This document shows, in pieces, positions 29,464 through 37,977 of a stretch of DNA of 64,000 nucleotides. Both the position numbers and the translations under genes were made by a program. This DNA comes from Candidatus Uhrbacteria bacterium. GTDB taxonomy: Bacteria; Patescibacteriota; Patescibacteriia; UBA9934. The notes below the pieces were generated by a model. The model saw only the letters and a program-made list of their open reading frames with translations. It made no database searches and had not been told where the DNA came from. Where the stretch lies: the NCBI GenBank assembly GCA_018664485.1, contig JABJOE010000007.1, positions 4,353 to 68,352 of the forward strand. The letters are read 5' to 3'. Within the stretch, counting starts at the first letter, position 1; each line of letters begins with the position of its first letter.

Positions 29464-31272
29464 TTATACGTCCAGTCCGCGCTCTATTGCCTTTTGAGAC
29501 TGCCGAGCCTCAGCATCAGCGCGAGCCCAATGATATTGATTGTGGTTAACAAATTTCAGCATATCCGTCTGATTCAGCCACGGAGCCTTCTCACGGAGAG
29601 CTATATCGATCTTCTGACAGACACGACGATAGTTTGGATGCCCCTGCGCTACCGTACGGAGCTCAAGCAAATGCTGAGCTTCACGCAGATTCATTCCAAT
29701 TGAAAAACGAATATTGTGACCAAATAGTACTACGTATTCAGCAACTTTCGGCCCTAGAGTCTGCTCAATCTGATCATACAAATCGCTCACCTCACGTTCA
29801 AGTGCGATACATGCATCTTTCATTCCGATAATATCAACGTCCTCTGGAATAACAAATCCCAAATGTGGATTTGGACGCTGCCACTGTAAAGTACACATTC
29901 GGTGACGATGTAGGTCTCGGAAAACTCCAAAGTCGCAAACCATTTCTGTAAAAATCGGATACCCATGTTCAAAACCACGAACAGCACGATCACGCCTAAT
30001 CTCACGACTTCCAACTGCATTGTGAAGAAGCTTATAGAATGTTTCGTCAGGCAAAGCCACGATCAACGACATTAATGCTTGATAATCAGTACGTGCATAC
30101 GGGAAATATGCTGCAGCCAACATATGTTCTGCACCAACACGATCACGAGTGATTACGTTTGGCGTATTCATCACAACCACTTCTTCGCGCGACCCTCCCC
30201 ACACAAGTGCCTCGGGAAGATACGTTCGCATATCCTCCACCATCTGGCGATCGACATCCATCCAAAACTTCACACCACCACGGTCAGCACGCTTAACGTA
30301 CTTTGGAATGACCTTGTTCAAGGTGTCGTGCAGACGGTTTGCAATATCTTTAAATTCATTTCGCCCTTCCGAATACAGCCGCTTCAATAAATGCTCAAAA
30401 GTACGACCGTTAGCCACCATGGCCACATTCGTCAAAGTCGCAGCAGGCAAGAAAATTCGTGCCGTATCACAAGCGCGAGTGCGAATATCAAATGTATATG
30501 ATCGTTTGAAGGCCTTACGTTGCTTGTCGTCATCCAACTGATCAAATCTGTACTTGGTGTCATCATTCGGCTTTAGAGCGTACTCGACCTCCTCAATGGG
30601 CTTGAGGCCCTTGTAATACTCCTGGAGCTTGTGCGCCAAATCGACATACAACTCAAAACAACGATCCATCACATCTATGTACTTTCCAGCCAGAGGTGAA
30701 TTCATGATCGCTGGATCACGATAGTAGTACCAGTTATCAGTAATAGGATCTTTTTCCGTGTACAAAACGTATCGACTGGACTGCTCAATATATGCTCCCA
30801 ATCGTCTATCTTCGATCATCTTTGTAGCAACGTTTGAAACTGAGTTGAAAAGTACTGTCGAGAATTCCAACTCCTGCACCGAATCATCTCCGTACTGAAT
30901 CAAAATTCGCTCAATCAATCTATCCAACTTTCCTTCCCGCAATCCACCAATCTCCACACCGAGTTCTTTTGCTTCTTTTTCGTCCGTTACAAGAAACTCT
31001 TTTACCAAAACATCAATGATGGTTCCTGGAATTCGACTCTGTCGTGCAAGCATCGCTCCTACCAATCCTGAAAGCTTACGTCCGTCGATTGCCGTAATGT
31101 TACTTTCCGGTGAAAGAAAGAACGGTCGAGCCATCTCAAACACTTTCTCTAAAATAAATGAACGATACGGCAACGTCTGCCCATCCCCCATACAGACCAC
31201 TCGCTCTCCGGTTTCTTGATCCACAAAAACAGCACAACGATCATTTAGTTCTAGATTCTCGATTGGTTGCAT
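29464..31272 (-). CDS. thyX: FAD-dependent thymidylate synthase, double-domain form
   Basis: 602 aa with two ThyX-like halves: YGDDSVQE..EDRR.GAYIEQSSRY..ARIFLP and FRDLHRHR..NLRE..HLLELR..QGH. Confidence 0.88.
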   Translation of the reverse strand: MQPIENLELNDRCAVFVDQETGERVVCMGDGQTLPYRSFILEKVFEMARPFFLSPESNITAIDGRKLSGLVGAMLARQSRIPGTIIDVLVKEFLVTDEKEAKELGVEIGGLREGKLDRLIERILIQYGDDSVQELEFSTVLFNSVSNVATKMIEDRRLGAYIEQSSRYVLYTEKDPITDNWYYYRDPAIMNSPLAGKYIDVMDRCFELYVDLAHKLQEYYKGLKPIEEVEYALKPNDDTKYRFDQLDDDKQRKAFKRSYTFDIRTRACDTARIFLPAATLTNVAMVANGRTFEHLLKRLYSEGRNEFKDIANRLHDTLNKVIPKYVKRADRGGVKFWMDVDRQMVEDMRTYLPEALVWGGSREEVVVMNTPNVITRDRVGAEHMLAAAYFPYARTDYQALMSLIVALPDETFYKLLHNAVGSREIRRDRAVRGFEHGYPIFTEMVCDFGVFRDLHRHRMCTLQWQRPNPHLGFVIPEDVDIIGMKDACIALEREVSDLYDQIEQTLGPKVAEYVVLFGHNIRFSIGMNLREAQHLLELRTVAQGHPNYRRVCQKIDIALREKAPWLNQTDMLKFVNHNQYHWARADAEARQSQKAIERGLDV

Positions 31273-31413
31273 AGAGGAGGTTTATTCTAGTTACGTTTTG
31301 TGGTGTATGAAGATAGGTTCGTATGATGTCGGCGCCGGAACCGCCAGGCGGAGCCTGGTCCGGCTACGCCGGATACTTCACGATACAGTGTCGAGGAGCG
31401 GAGCCGCTATATG

Positions 31414-31539
31414 TAATTACGCTCTGTGTTGGATGTAATGTCTGTGCGCAGGATGTCGGCGCCGGAGCCGTACCTAATGTACGGTGACCAGATGACAGGC
31501 TCCTGTAAACAGGCAGTGCGCCATCACGGAGAGTAATTA
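31414..31539. repeat. Long palindromic element, copy C (RPE-like)
   Basis: Ends taattac..ctctgtg/cacggag..gtaatta; core GGAGCCGTAC-ctaat-GTACGGTGA. The 15-mer gatgtcggcgccgga is duplicated at 31325. Confidence 0.7.
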
Positions 31540-31686
31540 AGAAAGAAAGAGGCTATCGTGCAAGCATGGCGCGCGACAACCTCCCCAGTGGGAATGACTC
31601 CCAACAACACTTTAGGGAATCGAGCCGAGTCCTTCAACTTTACTTGTGGATGAGTCTAAATTTTCGCTGTGCTAAAATGCGCTCAT

Positions 31687-32118
31687 ATGAATATTCGCTT
31701 TCGCCGCGTCCATAAAGACGCCACAATTCCCGCGTACAAAACACCAGGTGCCGTTGCCTTTGACCTCGCTATAGTTGAGGACGTATCGATTGAGCCACGT
31801 AGCTTTATAATGGCTAGGACCGGTCTTGTAATTGAAGTGCCGGAGGGTCATGCCCTCATCCTCGCATCTCGATCATCCAATCCAGGAAAAAAAGGAATTG
31901 ATCTTGCAAACAGTATCGGTGTCATCGATCAGGATTATTCAGGACCTAAAGATGAGATCCATCTGCTTCTGGAAAATATTACAGACGAGACAGTAACCCT
32001 TTCCGCTGGCGACCGTGTATCACAAGGAATGATCATTCCTGTGATCCGCCCAACGTTTGAGGAAGCTGATGAACTCGCGCTTGAGAGTCGTGGAGGCTTT
32101 GGAACGACGGGTGCGTAA
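31687..32118 (+). CDS. dut: Trimeric dUTPase
   Basis: AFDL, RSS, GVIDQDYSG, DRVSQ and RGGFGTTG motifs. Confidence 0.93.
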   Translation: MNIRFRRVHKDATIPAYKTPGAVAFDLAIVEDVSIEPRSFIMARTGLVIEVPEGHALILASRSSNPGKKGIDLANSIGVIDQDYSGPKDEIHLLLENITDETVTLSAGDRVSQGMIIPVIRPTFEEADELALESRGGFGTTGA

Positions 32119-32176
32119 ACTACCCCACCACAGGACTCAATAACAAATAGATAGAAAGCTGGTATAATTAAAGTGC

Positions 32177-32842
32177 ATGAAGGGTCGGCTTATCGTAATT
32201 GATGGAACAGATGGATCTGGAAAAGCTACCCAGACTCAGCTTTTAGTGGACCGCTTTAAAGCTGAAAACCTTCCAGTCGAGACAATCTCCTTTCCCCAGT
32301 ACGGGACAAAGAGTGCCGGCTCGGTTGAAGAGTATTTAAGTGGAAAATACGGAAGTGCCTACGAGGTCACTGGATATCAAGCGTCTGTACTATTTGCAGT
32401 TGATAGATTCGACGCTTCATTTCAAATAAGAAAATGGCTCGAAGATGGCATCAACGTAATAACAGATCGATACGTTGGTGCAAATATGGGACACCAAGGG
32501 TCAAAGATAACCGACCCAGATAAACGGAAAGACTTCTTTGCCTGGGAAATGGAATTTGAACATGAACTGATGGGAATTCCAAAGCCAGATATAAATCTCA
32601 TATTACATGTACCATCGGAAACCGCTCAAACGCTCATGGAAGGTCGTGAGCTTAAAAGCAATCTAGACAAAGACATTCATGAAGAGAATGCTCAACATCT
32701 AAAAGATGCCGAGCAAGCATATCTAGACATGACAAAACAATTCGATTCGTTCCAACTTATAGACTGCGTAGAAAATGGAGAATTGTTAGACCGCGAAAAT
32801 ATTCATAAAAAAATCTGGGGCGCTATCAAAAACTATATCTAA
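32177..32842 (+). CDS. tmk: Thymidylate kinase
   Basis: IDGTDGSGKATQ P-loop, LFAVDR, DRY and PKPD motifs. Confidence 0.9.
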   Translation: MKGRLIVIDGTDGSGKATQTQLLVDRFKAENLPVETISFPQYGTKSAGSVEEYLSGKYGSAYEVTGYQASVLFAVDRFDASFQIRKWLEDGINVITDRYVGANMGHQGSKITDPDKRKDFFAWEMEFEHELMGIPKPDINLILHVPSETAQTLMEGRELKSNLDKDIHEENAQHLKDAEQAYLDMTKQFDSFQLIDCVENGELLDRENIHKKIWGAIKNYI

Positions 32843-32845
32843 ACT

Positions 32846-33730
32846 ATGGCAAAACTCATTTCCATCGGACAAATCATCGACCGCACCTGGGAGATCTACT
32901 CCACAAACTTCAAATCACTCATGAAGATCTCAATGTGGGCGTTCCTTGTTGGTATCTTCGTTATTATACGACTTCTACTACTCCCAAGCGGAGAGACTGC
33001 AGCGATCCAAGAGATAATGGGAACCAACCCTGAACAGACTCTCATCATCGGTTTTGCTATCGCAGTCGCTATTTCTATATTCGCTATCCCAATTACATCA
33101 ATCTGGGTCTACATGAACCTAGTTCGCGGAGTCGACAACAGTATCGCGAAGAAAAAATACTCTACAAAAGAACTTGGCCGACAGTCATGGCGTGATTTCC
33201 TCCCATACCTATGGGTGATGATCCTTAAAAATATCGCAAACGTTCTTCCGATCCTACTGATCGTTCCAGGAGCTATCCTGCTCATTCTGTCACTGATGTA
33301 TAACGGAGTTGCTATCAATTCAATTGGCCTACTTCTCACATTCCTTGGAACTGTAGCAGCACTCGTCATGGTAATTTGGCTTGGAGTGCGCCTTACATTT
33401 GCTGGATACGCAATGCTTCTTGACGGTAAGGGTGGACTCACTTCGCTCAAAGAATCTTTCCGCGTAACAGAAGGTCGTTTCTGGGCATCTCTGTGGCGAA
33501 TTATTATTCCAAAGCTCGTATTTGGTTCCGGAGTATTGGTTGCAGAGATTCTACTCGGACTTATTCTTCCGCTCCTTGTTGGAAGCCTCTACAACCTCGG
33601 TCCTACTTTCGGACTTTACGCTGGCCTAACAATTACAGTAGCGCTTACAACTGGACTCCGAGTTCTATACCCACCTCTTTTCATCATCGCTGATGAACTT
33701 CTATATGGTAGCCTCAAGCAAACAAGATAG
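32846..33730 (+). CDS. Polytopic membrane protein, unknown function
   Basis: About 6 TM segments; IG.II...W..Y N-terminus and SLKESF..T.GRFW motif shared with the next gene. Confidence 0.7.
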   Translation: MAKLISIGQIIDRTWEIYSTNFKSLMKISMWAFLVGIFVIIRLLLLPSGETAAIQEIMGTNPEQTLIIGFAIAVAISIFAIPITSIWVYMNLVRGVDNSIAKKKYSTKELGRQSWRDFLPYLWVMILKNIANVLPILLIVPGAILLILSLMYNGVAINSIGLLLTFLGTVAALVMVIWLGVRLTFAGYAMLLDGKGGLTSLKESFRVTEGRFWASLWRIIIPKLVFGSGVLVAEILLGLILPLLVGSLYNLGPTFGLYAGLTITVALTTGLRVLYPPLFIIADELLYGSLKQTR

Positions 33731-34469
33731 TCATAGCTCAAAGCGGAATGAGCCCATTGGCGTAGCTAACCTAGTTCGGGATAGCTGGCACCTATACCTA
33801 CGCCACGCGCGAACCTTCATTGGATACAGTGCGTGGCTTTTGGTTCCAATGGCAATCTCCGTATTGCTCTCACTCGCTTTTGGTTCCACCGACACAATGG
33901 ACATTGCCCAAGCGGTGAACGGAACTCTTGGACTTGTAATTGGTACTTGGCTCACAATTGTTTTTATAAAAATCATCCCGCTGCTTCGTGATAAAAAACG
34001 ACTTCGACCTCGTGCTATTAGCAAGCAAGCCTGGAAACTTTTCATCCCCTATCTTTTCCTCTCGGTAATCATCAATGTTCTAACGGGAATAGGTATCGTA
34101 CTTTTCTTAATCCCCGGGTTCATCGTGATCGCACGATTAAGCTATGCGCAGATTCTGATAGTCCGTAAAAAGATCGACCCACTTGCTGCCATCAAAGAAA
34201 GTGTGAAGCTGACAAAAGGAAAAACATGGGTACTGATTCGACGGCTCGTTGGAGGTATAGTAATGATCGGCCTTCCCTACGCGCTCCTGTCGATATTCAT
34301 CGCCGTTGCCTTTGCGAGCATGCGCAGCCTCGATCTCTTAACATTTTTCACGCAAACACAACCAACTCTACTTGAAATCGTTTCTTTCCAGCTTTTAGAC
34401 ATTCTATTTATCCCAATCTTCCTTATATACTGGGTATCAATGTTTCGAGATATTGAGCAAAAAGCCTAA
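33693..34469 (+). CDS. Polytopic membrane protein, paralogue of the upstream gene (start uncertain)
   Basis: IG...LV..SW..Y and AIKES..LTKG..W motifs; about 5 TM segments. Confidence 0.7.
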   Translation: MNFYMVASSKQDSHSSKRNEPIGVANLVRDSWHLYLRHARTFIGYSAWLLVPMAISVLLSLAFGSTDTMDIAQAVNGTLGLVIGTWLTIVFIKIIPLLRDKKRLRPRAISKQAWKLFIPYLFLSVIINVLTGIGIVLFLIPGFIVIARLSYAQILIVRKKIDPLAAIKESVKLTKGKTWVLIRRLVGGIVMIGLPYALLSIFIAVAFASMRSLDLLTFFTQTQPTLLEIVSFQLLDILFIPIFLIYWVSMFRDIEQKA

Positions 34470-34599
34470 TAAGCCCGGGTTGATTAATACCGAATCTGCT
34501 GCTAAACTGCCCCAGAATGCATAAAGGGACATATTTCTGAGCACCCTTATAATCTGACAGGATCTACATCTAAAACAGCACAAACGCGCAAATCCTAAT

Positions 34600-36090
34600 A
34601 TGAAGCTAGAAGTAATCATCGGCCTGGAAACCCACATTCAGCTAAAAACAAAAAGTAAGCTTTTTTGTGGTTGCTCAAATCACGAAAGTAACACTCCGAA
34701 CGCTAACGTATGCCCGGTCTGTGTTGGGCATCCGGGTACCCTTCCCGTTCCAAACGAGCAGGCAGTTCGCTGGGCTGTACTTTTAGGTCTAGCGCTTGGC
34801 GGTGAGATCACTCCTCATTCAAAGTTTGACCGTAAACATTACTTCTACCCTGACCTTCCAAAAGCTTATCAGATTTCTCAGTTTGATTTACCGATCATGC
34901 ATGACGGATCTATAGACCTGGATGTGCCCGGTGAAGACAAACCTGTAACTATTCGAATCGAGCGACTTCACCTTGAGGAAGATGCTGCAAAAAACATTCA
35001 CGGGGACGACGGAAAATCTTACGTTGACTTCAACCGTGGTGGAACGCCACTCTGTGAGATCGTGAGTCGACCTGACATCTCGAGTGCCGCGCAAGCGAAA
35101 GCGTACATGCAAGAGCTTCGGATTATCGCGCGTACACTTGGTGTATCTGACGGGAACATGGAAAAAGGTCACCTGCGATGTGATGTCAACATTTCACTCC
35201 GACCAGAAGGTGAAGAAGTTCTATATACAAAAACAGAAATTAAAAACGTAAACTCTTTTAAAGCAGTTGAGCGTGTAATTGAATACGAGATCAAACGTCA
35301 GACCCATCTATGGGAAGCTGGCAACCCCCCTTCCGTTTTGACGACTCGCGGTTGGAATGATGCAAAACAAATTACTGAAGAGCAGCGAGTTAAAGAAGAT
35401 GCTGCAGACTACCGCTATTTCCCAGAACCGGATATCCCACCGATGGATCTGCGAGACATGGCGACAGATGCAAAGCGTCGACTACCAGAATTACCTCGTG
35501 CTAAACGAAAACGATTTGTTGAAGAATACGGATTCAAAATAGGAGATGTCCGAATGATGGTGGACGATCCGAAGCTTGCTGAGTTCACAGAGCAGGCAAT
35601 GAGCGAGCTCGCAGCATGGCTCACGGCAAAGCCTGAGTTAGACGACGAGAACATCCTAGAATATAGAAAGAAGCTTGCGAAACTCACAGCTGGTTGGTTG
35701 CTAAACAAGCTGATGGGACTTCTCGGAGAACGTAAGGGTGATATTCGCACAATGAAAGTCAATCCTGAAAACTTCGCTGAGTTCATCACGATGATCGCTG
35801 ACGGAAAGCTCACTGGAAGACGAGGACTTGAAGTTCTCGGTAAGATGTTGGAAACCGGTGGAGACCCTTCAAACATTGTGGAAGATCTCGGAGCACAACG
35901 ACTAGATGATGTAACGGCGCTCGCAACGATTGTGGAGACCGTTATTGAAGAAAACTCATCTGAGGTTGAACGCTATCGCGGTGGTGAAACGAAACTGATA
36001 AAGTTCTTCGTAGGGCAAGTCATGAAAGCGTCTCGCGGAAACGCAGACCCTCAAACATCGGAGAAGATTTTGAAAGACAAGTTGAAGTAA
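34600..36090 (+). CDS. gatB: Asp/Glu-tRNA amidotransferase subunit B
   Basis: IGLETHIQL, RKHYFYPDLPK, HLEEDA and YRYFPEPD motifs. Confidence 0.97.
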   Translation: MKLEVIIGLETHIQLKTKSKLFCGCSNHESNTPNANVCPVCVGHPGTLPVPNEQAVRWAVLLGLALGGEITPHSKFDRKHYFYPDLPKAYQISQFDLPIMHDGSIDLDVPGEDKPVTIRIERLHLEEDAAKNIHGDDGKSYVDFNRGGTPLCEIVSRPDISSAAQAKAYMQELRIIARTLGVSDGNMEKGHLRCDVNISLRPEGEEVLYTKTEIKNVNSFKAVERVIEYEIKRQTHLWEAGNPPSVLTTRGWNDAKQITEEQRVKEDAADYRYFPEPDIPPMDLRDMATDAKRRLPELPRAKRKRFVEEYGFKIGDVRMMVDDPKLAEFTEQAMSELAAWLTAKPELDDENILEYRKKLAKLTAGWLLNKLMGLLGERKGDIRTMKVNPENFAEFITMIADGKLTGRRGLEVLGKMLETGGDPSNIVEDLGAQRLDDVTALATIVETVIEENSSEVERYRGGETKLIKFFVGQVMKASRGNADPQTSEKILKDKLK

Positions 36091-36091
36091 T

Positions 36092-36496
36092 ATGCGTCGT
36101 GTTGCACTAATCACATTGATCGACAGGCATGGTAACTATCTTCTTCAACATCGTGATGAAGGTATAAAGACCCTTCCAGGCTATTGGGCATTCTTCGGTG
36201 GAAAAATTGAAGAAAACGAAACACCAGAAGAGGCGATGTATCGAGAAACAAAAGAGGAACTAGGAATATCTTTAGTAGATCCAAAGTTCGTACTCGAAAC
36301 AACATTTTATGATAAGTACGTACCAAAAGGAAAGAAATGGGTATGGATTGCGTACGCCGAAAAACAAACTCAAATTGTATTAGGTGAAGGCCAGGGATAC
36401 GGTTACTTCACGCTTGATGAGATTCGAAAAATGAAAGTAATCGATCATGATATAGAAACATTCGAAGCGATACATGAATTTGTAAACAAAAACTAA
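36092..36496 (+). CDS. NUDIX hydrolase
   Basis: Nudix box GGKIEENETPEEAMYRETKEELG. Confidence 0.9.
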   Translation: MRRVALITLIDRHGNYLLQHRDEGIKTLPGYWAFFGGKIEENETPEEAMYRETKEELGISLVDPKFVLETTFYDKYVPKGKKWVWIAYAEKQTQIVLGEGQGYGYFTLDEIRKMKVIDHDIETFEAIHEFVNKN

Positions 36497-36601
36497 AGTA
36501 AATAAAGCAGCCCGCAAGGGCTGTTTTATTATTGACAAGCGTTTGCTGAACTGATAGATTCTTATCTGACCTTACTTCACCTTCACCGAAAGGAGTTCGA
36601 C

Positions 36602-36685
36602 ATGGATCCATACATAATCGCCCTCGTATTCTGTTTCGGACCTACGATCGCAACAATACTCTGGCTACTCCTAGATGACGACTAA
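36602..36685 (+). CDS. Candidate 27-aa single-TM micro-peptide MDPYIIALVFCFGPTIATILWLLLDDD
   Basis: TTGACA(36532)-N17-TAGATT promoter; SD AAAGGAG; terminator gcccatc..gatgggc-tttt at 36711-36736. Confidence 0.6.
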   Translation: MDPYIIALVFCFGPTIATILWLLLDDD

Positions 36686-36741
36686 ACGAGCAAAGCGCTC
36701 AACAGATCTCGCCCATCCCTCCGTAGATGGGCTTTTGTGCT

Positions 36742-37536
36742 TTATAGAAAATCATTCACTTCCTCCATGGCCTCTTTAAATCCTTCTACCCATACGATTC
36801 GATCATCGCGCTTGAACCATGTCGTCTGTCGCTTCGCGTAATGACGCGTCTCCAACTTGACGACTGCAATTGCATCACGCAGTTTTAAATATCCGTCAAA
36901 GAAAGCACAGATCTGCCTGTAACCGATTCCGGTCATCGCCTTTGTCTCACAGCCATACTTATCGCGAAGTCCGCGCACCTCATCAACTAGACCTTCTGCA
37001 ATCATCTTATCAACTCGCGCGTCGATGCGATCGTACACAACTTCTCGGTCAATCATGATTCCCAGTTGCAATGCATCATACTTCGGCTCCCCCATTGTTT
37101 TTTCAAACGTGAAGTTATCAATCACTCCTTGAACATATAAACCAGTTCCTCCAACAAGCATCGGAACATTCCCACGTTTTAAAATCTCTTCGATTTTTTT
37201 CTCTGCATATTCTTTAAAGTCGGCTGCCGTGAAGTGCTCATCTGGATTCACAAGATCAAGCCCCCAATGTGGAATACCCTCAACCGTAAGCGACTTCTCA
37301 CTAAACAACTCTGAGATATTCTTATTCTTTTGCCCCTGCCTCTCAATAGCTAAATCACTCTTCGATTTTTCCCCCACAGGCTTAGCGGTCCCTATATCCA
37401 TTCCGCGGTAGACAGTGCGTGAATCTGCGGCGATGATCTCACCACCGATCTCTTTTGCTATTTGGATACCCAAACTAGACTTCCCGCTGGCGGTAAGGCC
37501 TACAACAGCTAGTATTTTTGGCAATTTCTTAGACAT
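36742..37536 (-). CDS. miaA: tRNA dimethylallyltransferase (short form)
   Basis: GLTASGKS, DSR.VYRGMDIGTAK, VGGTGLY and YAKRQ.TWF motifs. Confidence 0.93.
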   Translation of the reverse strand: MSKKLPKILAVVGLTASGKSSLGIQIAKEIGGEIIAADSRTVYRGMDIGTAKPVGEKSKSDLAIERQGQKNKNISELFSEKSLTVEGIPHWGLDLVNPDEHFTAADFKEYAEKKIEEILKRGNVPMLVGGTGLYVQGVIDNFTFEKTMGEPKYDALQLGIMIDREVVYDRIDARVDKMIAEGLVDEVRGLRDKYGCETKAMTGIGYRQICAFFDGYLKLRDAIAVVKLETRHYAKRQTTWFKRDDRIVWVEGFKEAMEEVNDFL

Positions 37537-37648
37537 TTGCGCGAATGTTAGCAGTTTTCACTATTTTAATCAACAACACCATAGACAGATCGGCGAATAG
37601 CAGCGTAAGATATATACAATAGACAAATTAAGATAATAACAAACAAAT

Positions 37649-37918
37649 ATGAGTATTTTCGATAGATTCAGACCTCGCAGCAAGGAAGAGGTATTAAAAC
37701 AACGTGTTACAGATACAGCACTCGAACAAGCTCGACAAGCGAGAGATGGAGCGAATGAAGAGGCTTCTAACGCTGAAGCAGCTCCTGAAGTGCCCTACAC
37801 GGAAGTTGGAGGACGAGGTCAAAGTAAAGAAGATGTACTTCGACAACGCGCTACAGATGTTGCACTAGAGCAGAACCAAGCAGCGGCAGAAGAAGCGGCT
37901 GCAAAAAGAGCTGCTTAA
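37649..37918 (+). CDS. Small helical protein with a duplicated 17-aa motif
   Basis: SKEEVLKQRVTDTALEQ and SKEDVLRQRATDVALEQ; followed by a terminator. Confidence 0.65.
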   Translation: MSIFDRFRPRSKEEVLKQRVTDTALEQARQARDGANEEASNAEAAPEVPYTEVGGRGQSKEDVLRQRATDVALEQNQAAAEEAAAKRAA

Positions 37919-37929
37919 ACCATACATTT

Positions 37930-37957
37930 AAAAGATCGCCCGTAAGGACGATCTTTT
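37930..37957. terminator. Bidirectional terminator
   Basis: aaaagatcgccc-gtaa-ggacgatctttt between convergent genes. Confidence 0.7.
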
Positions 37958-37977
37958 AGTTTGAGCTAAATCAATTT

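Noticed and set aside
31580-31640. ZTP or THF riboswitch call upstream of thyX
   Set aside because: Only fragments resemble them; the key conserved segments (e.g. ZTP GACUGGCG and CGCCUGGG) are absent, so it is kept only as an unassigned candidate.
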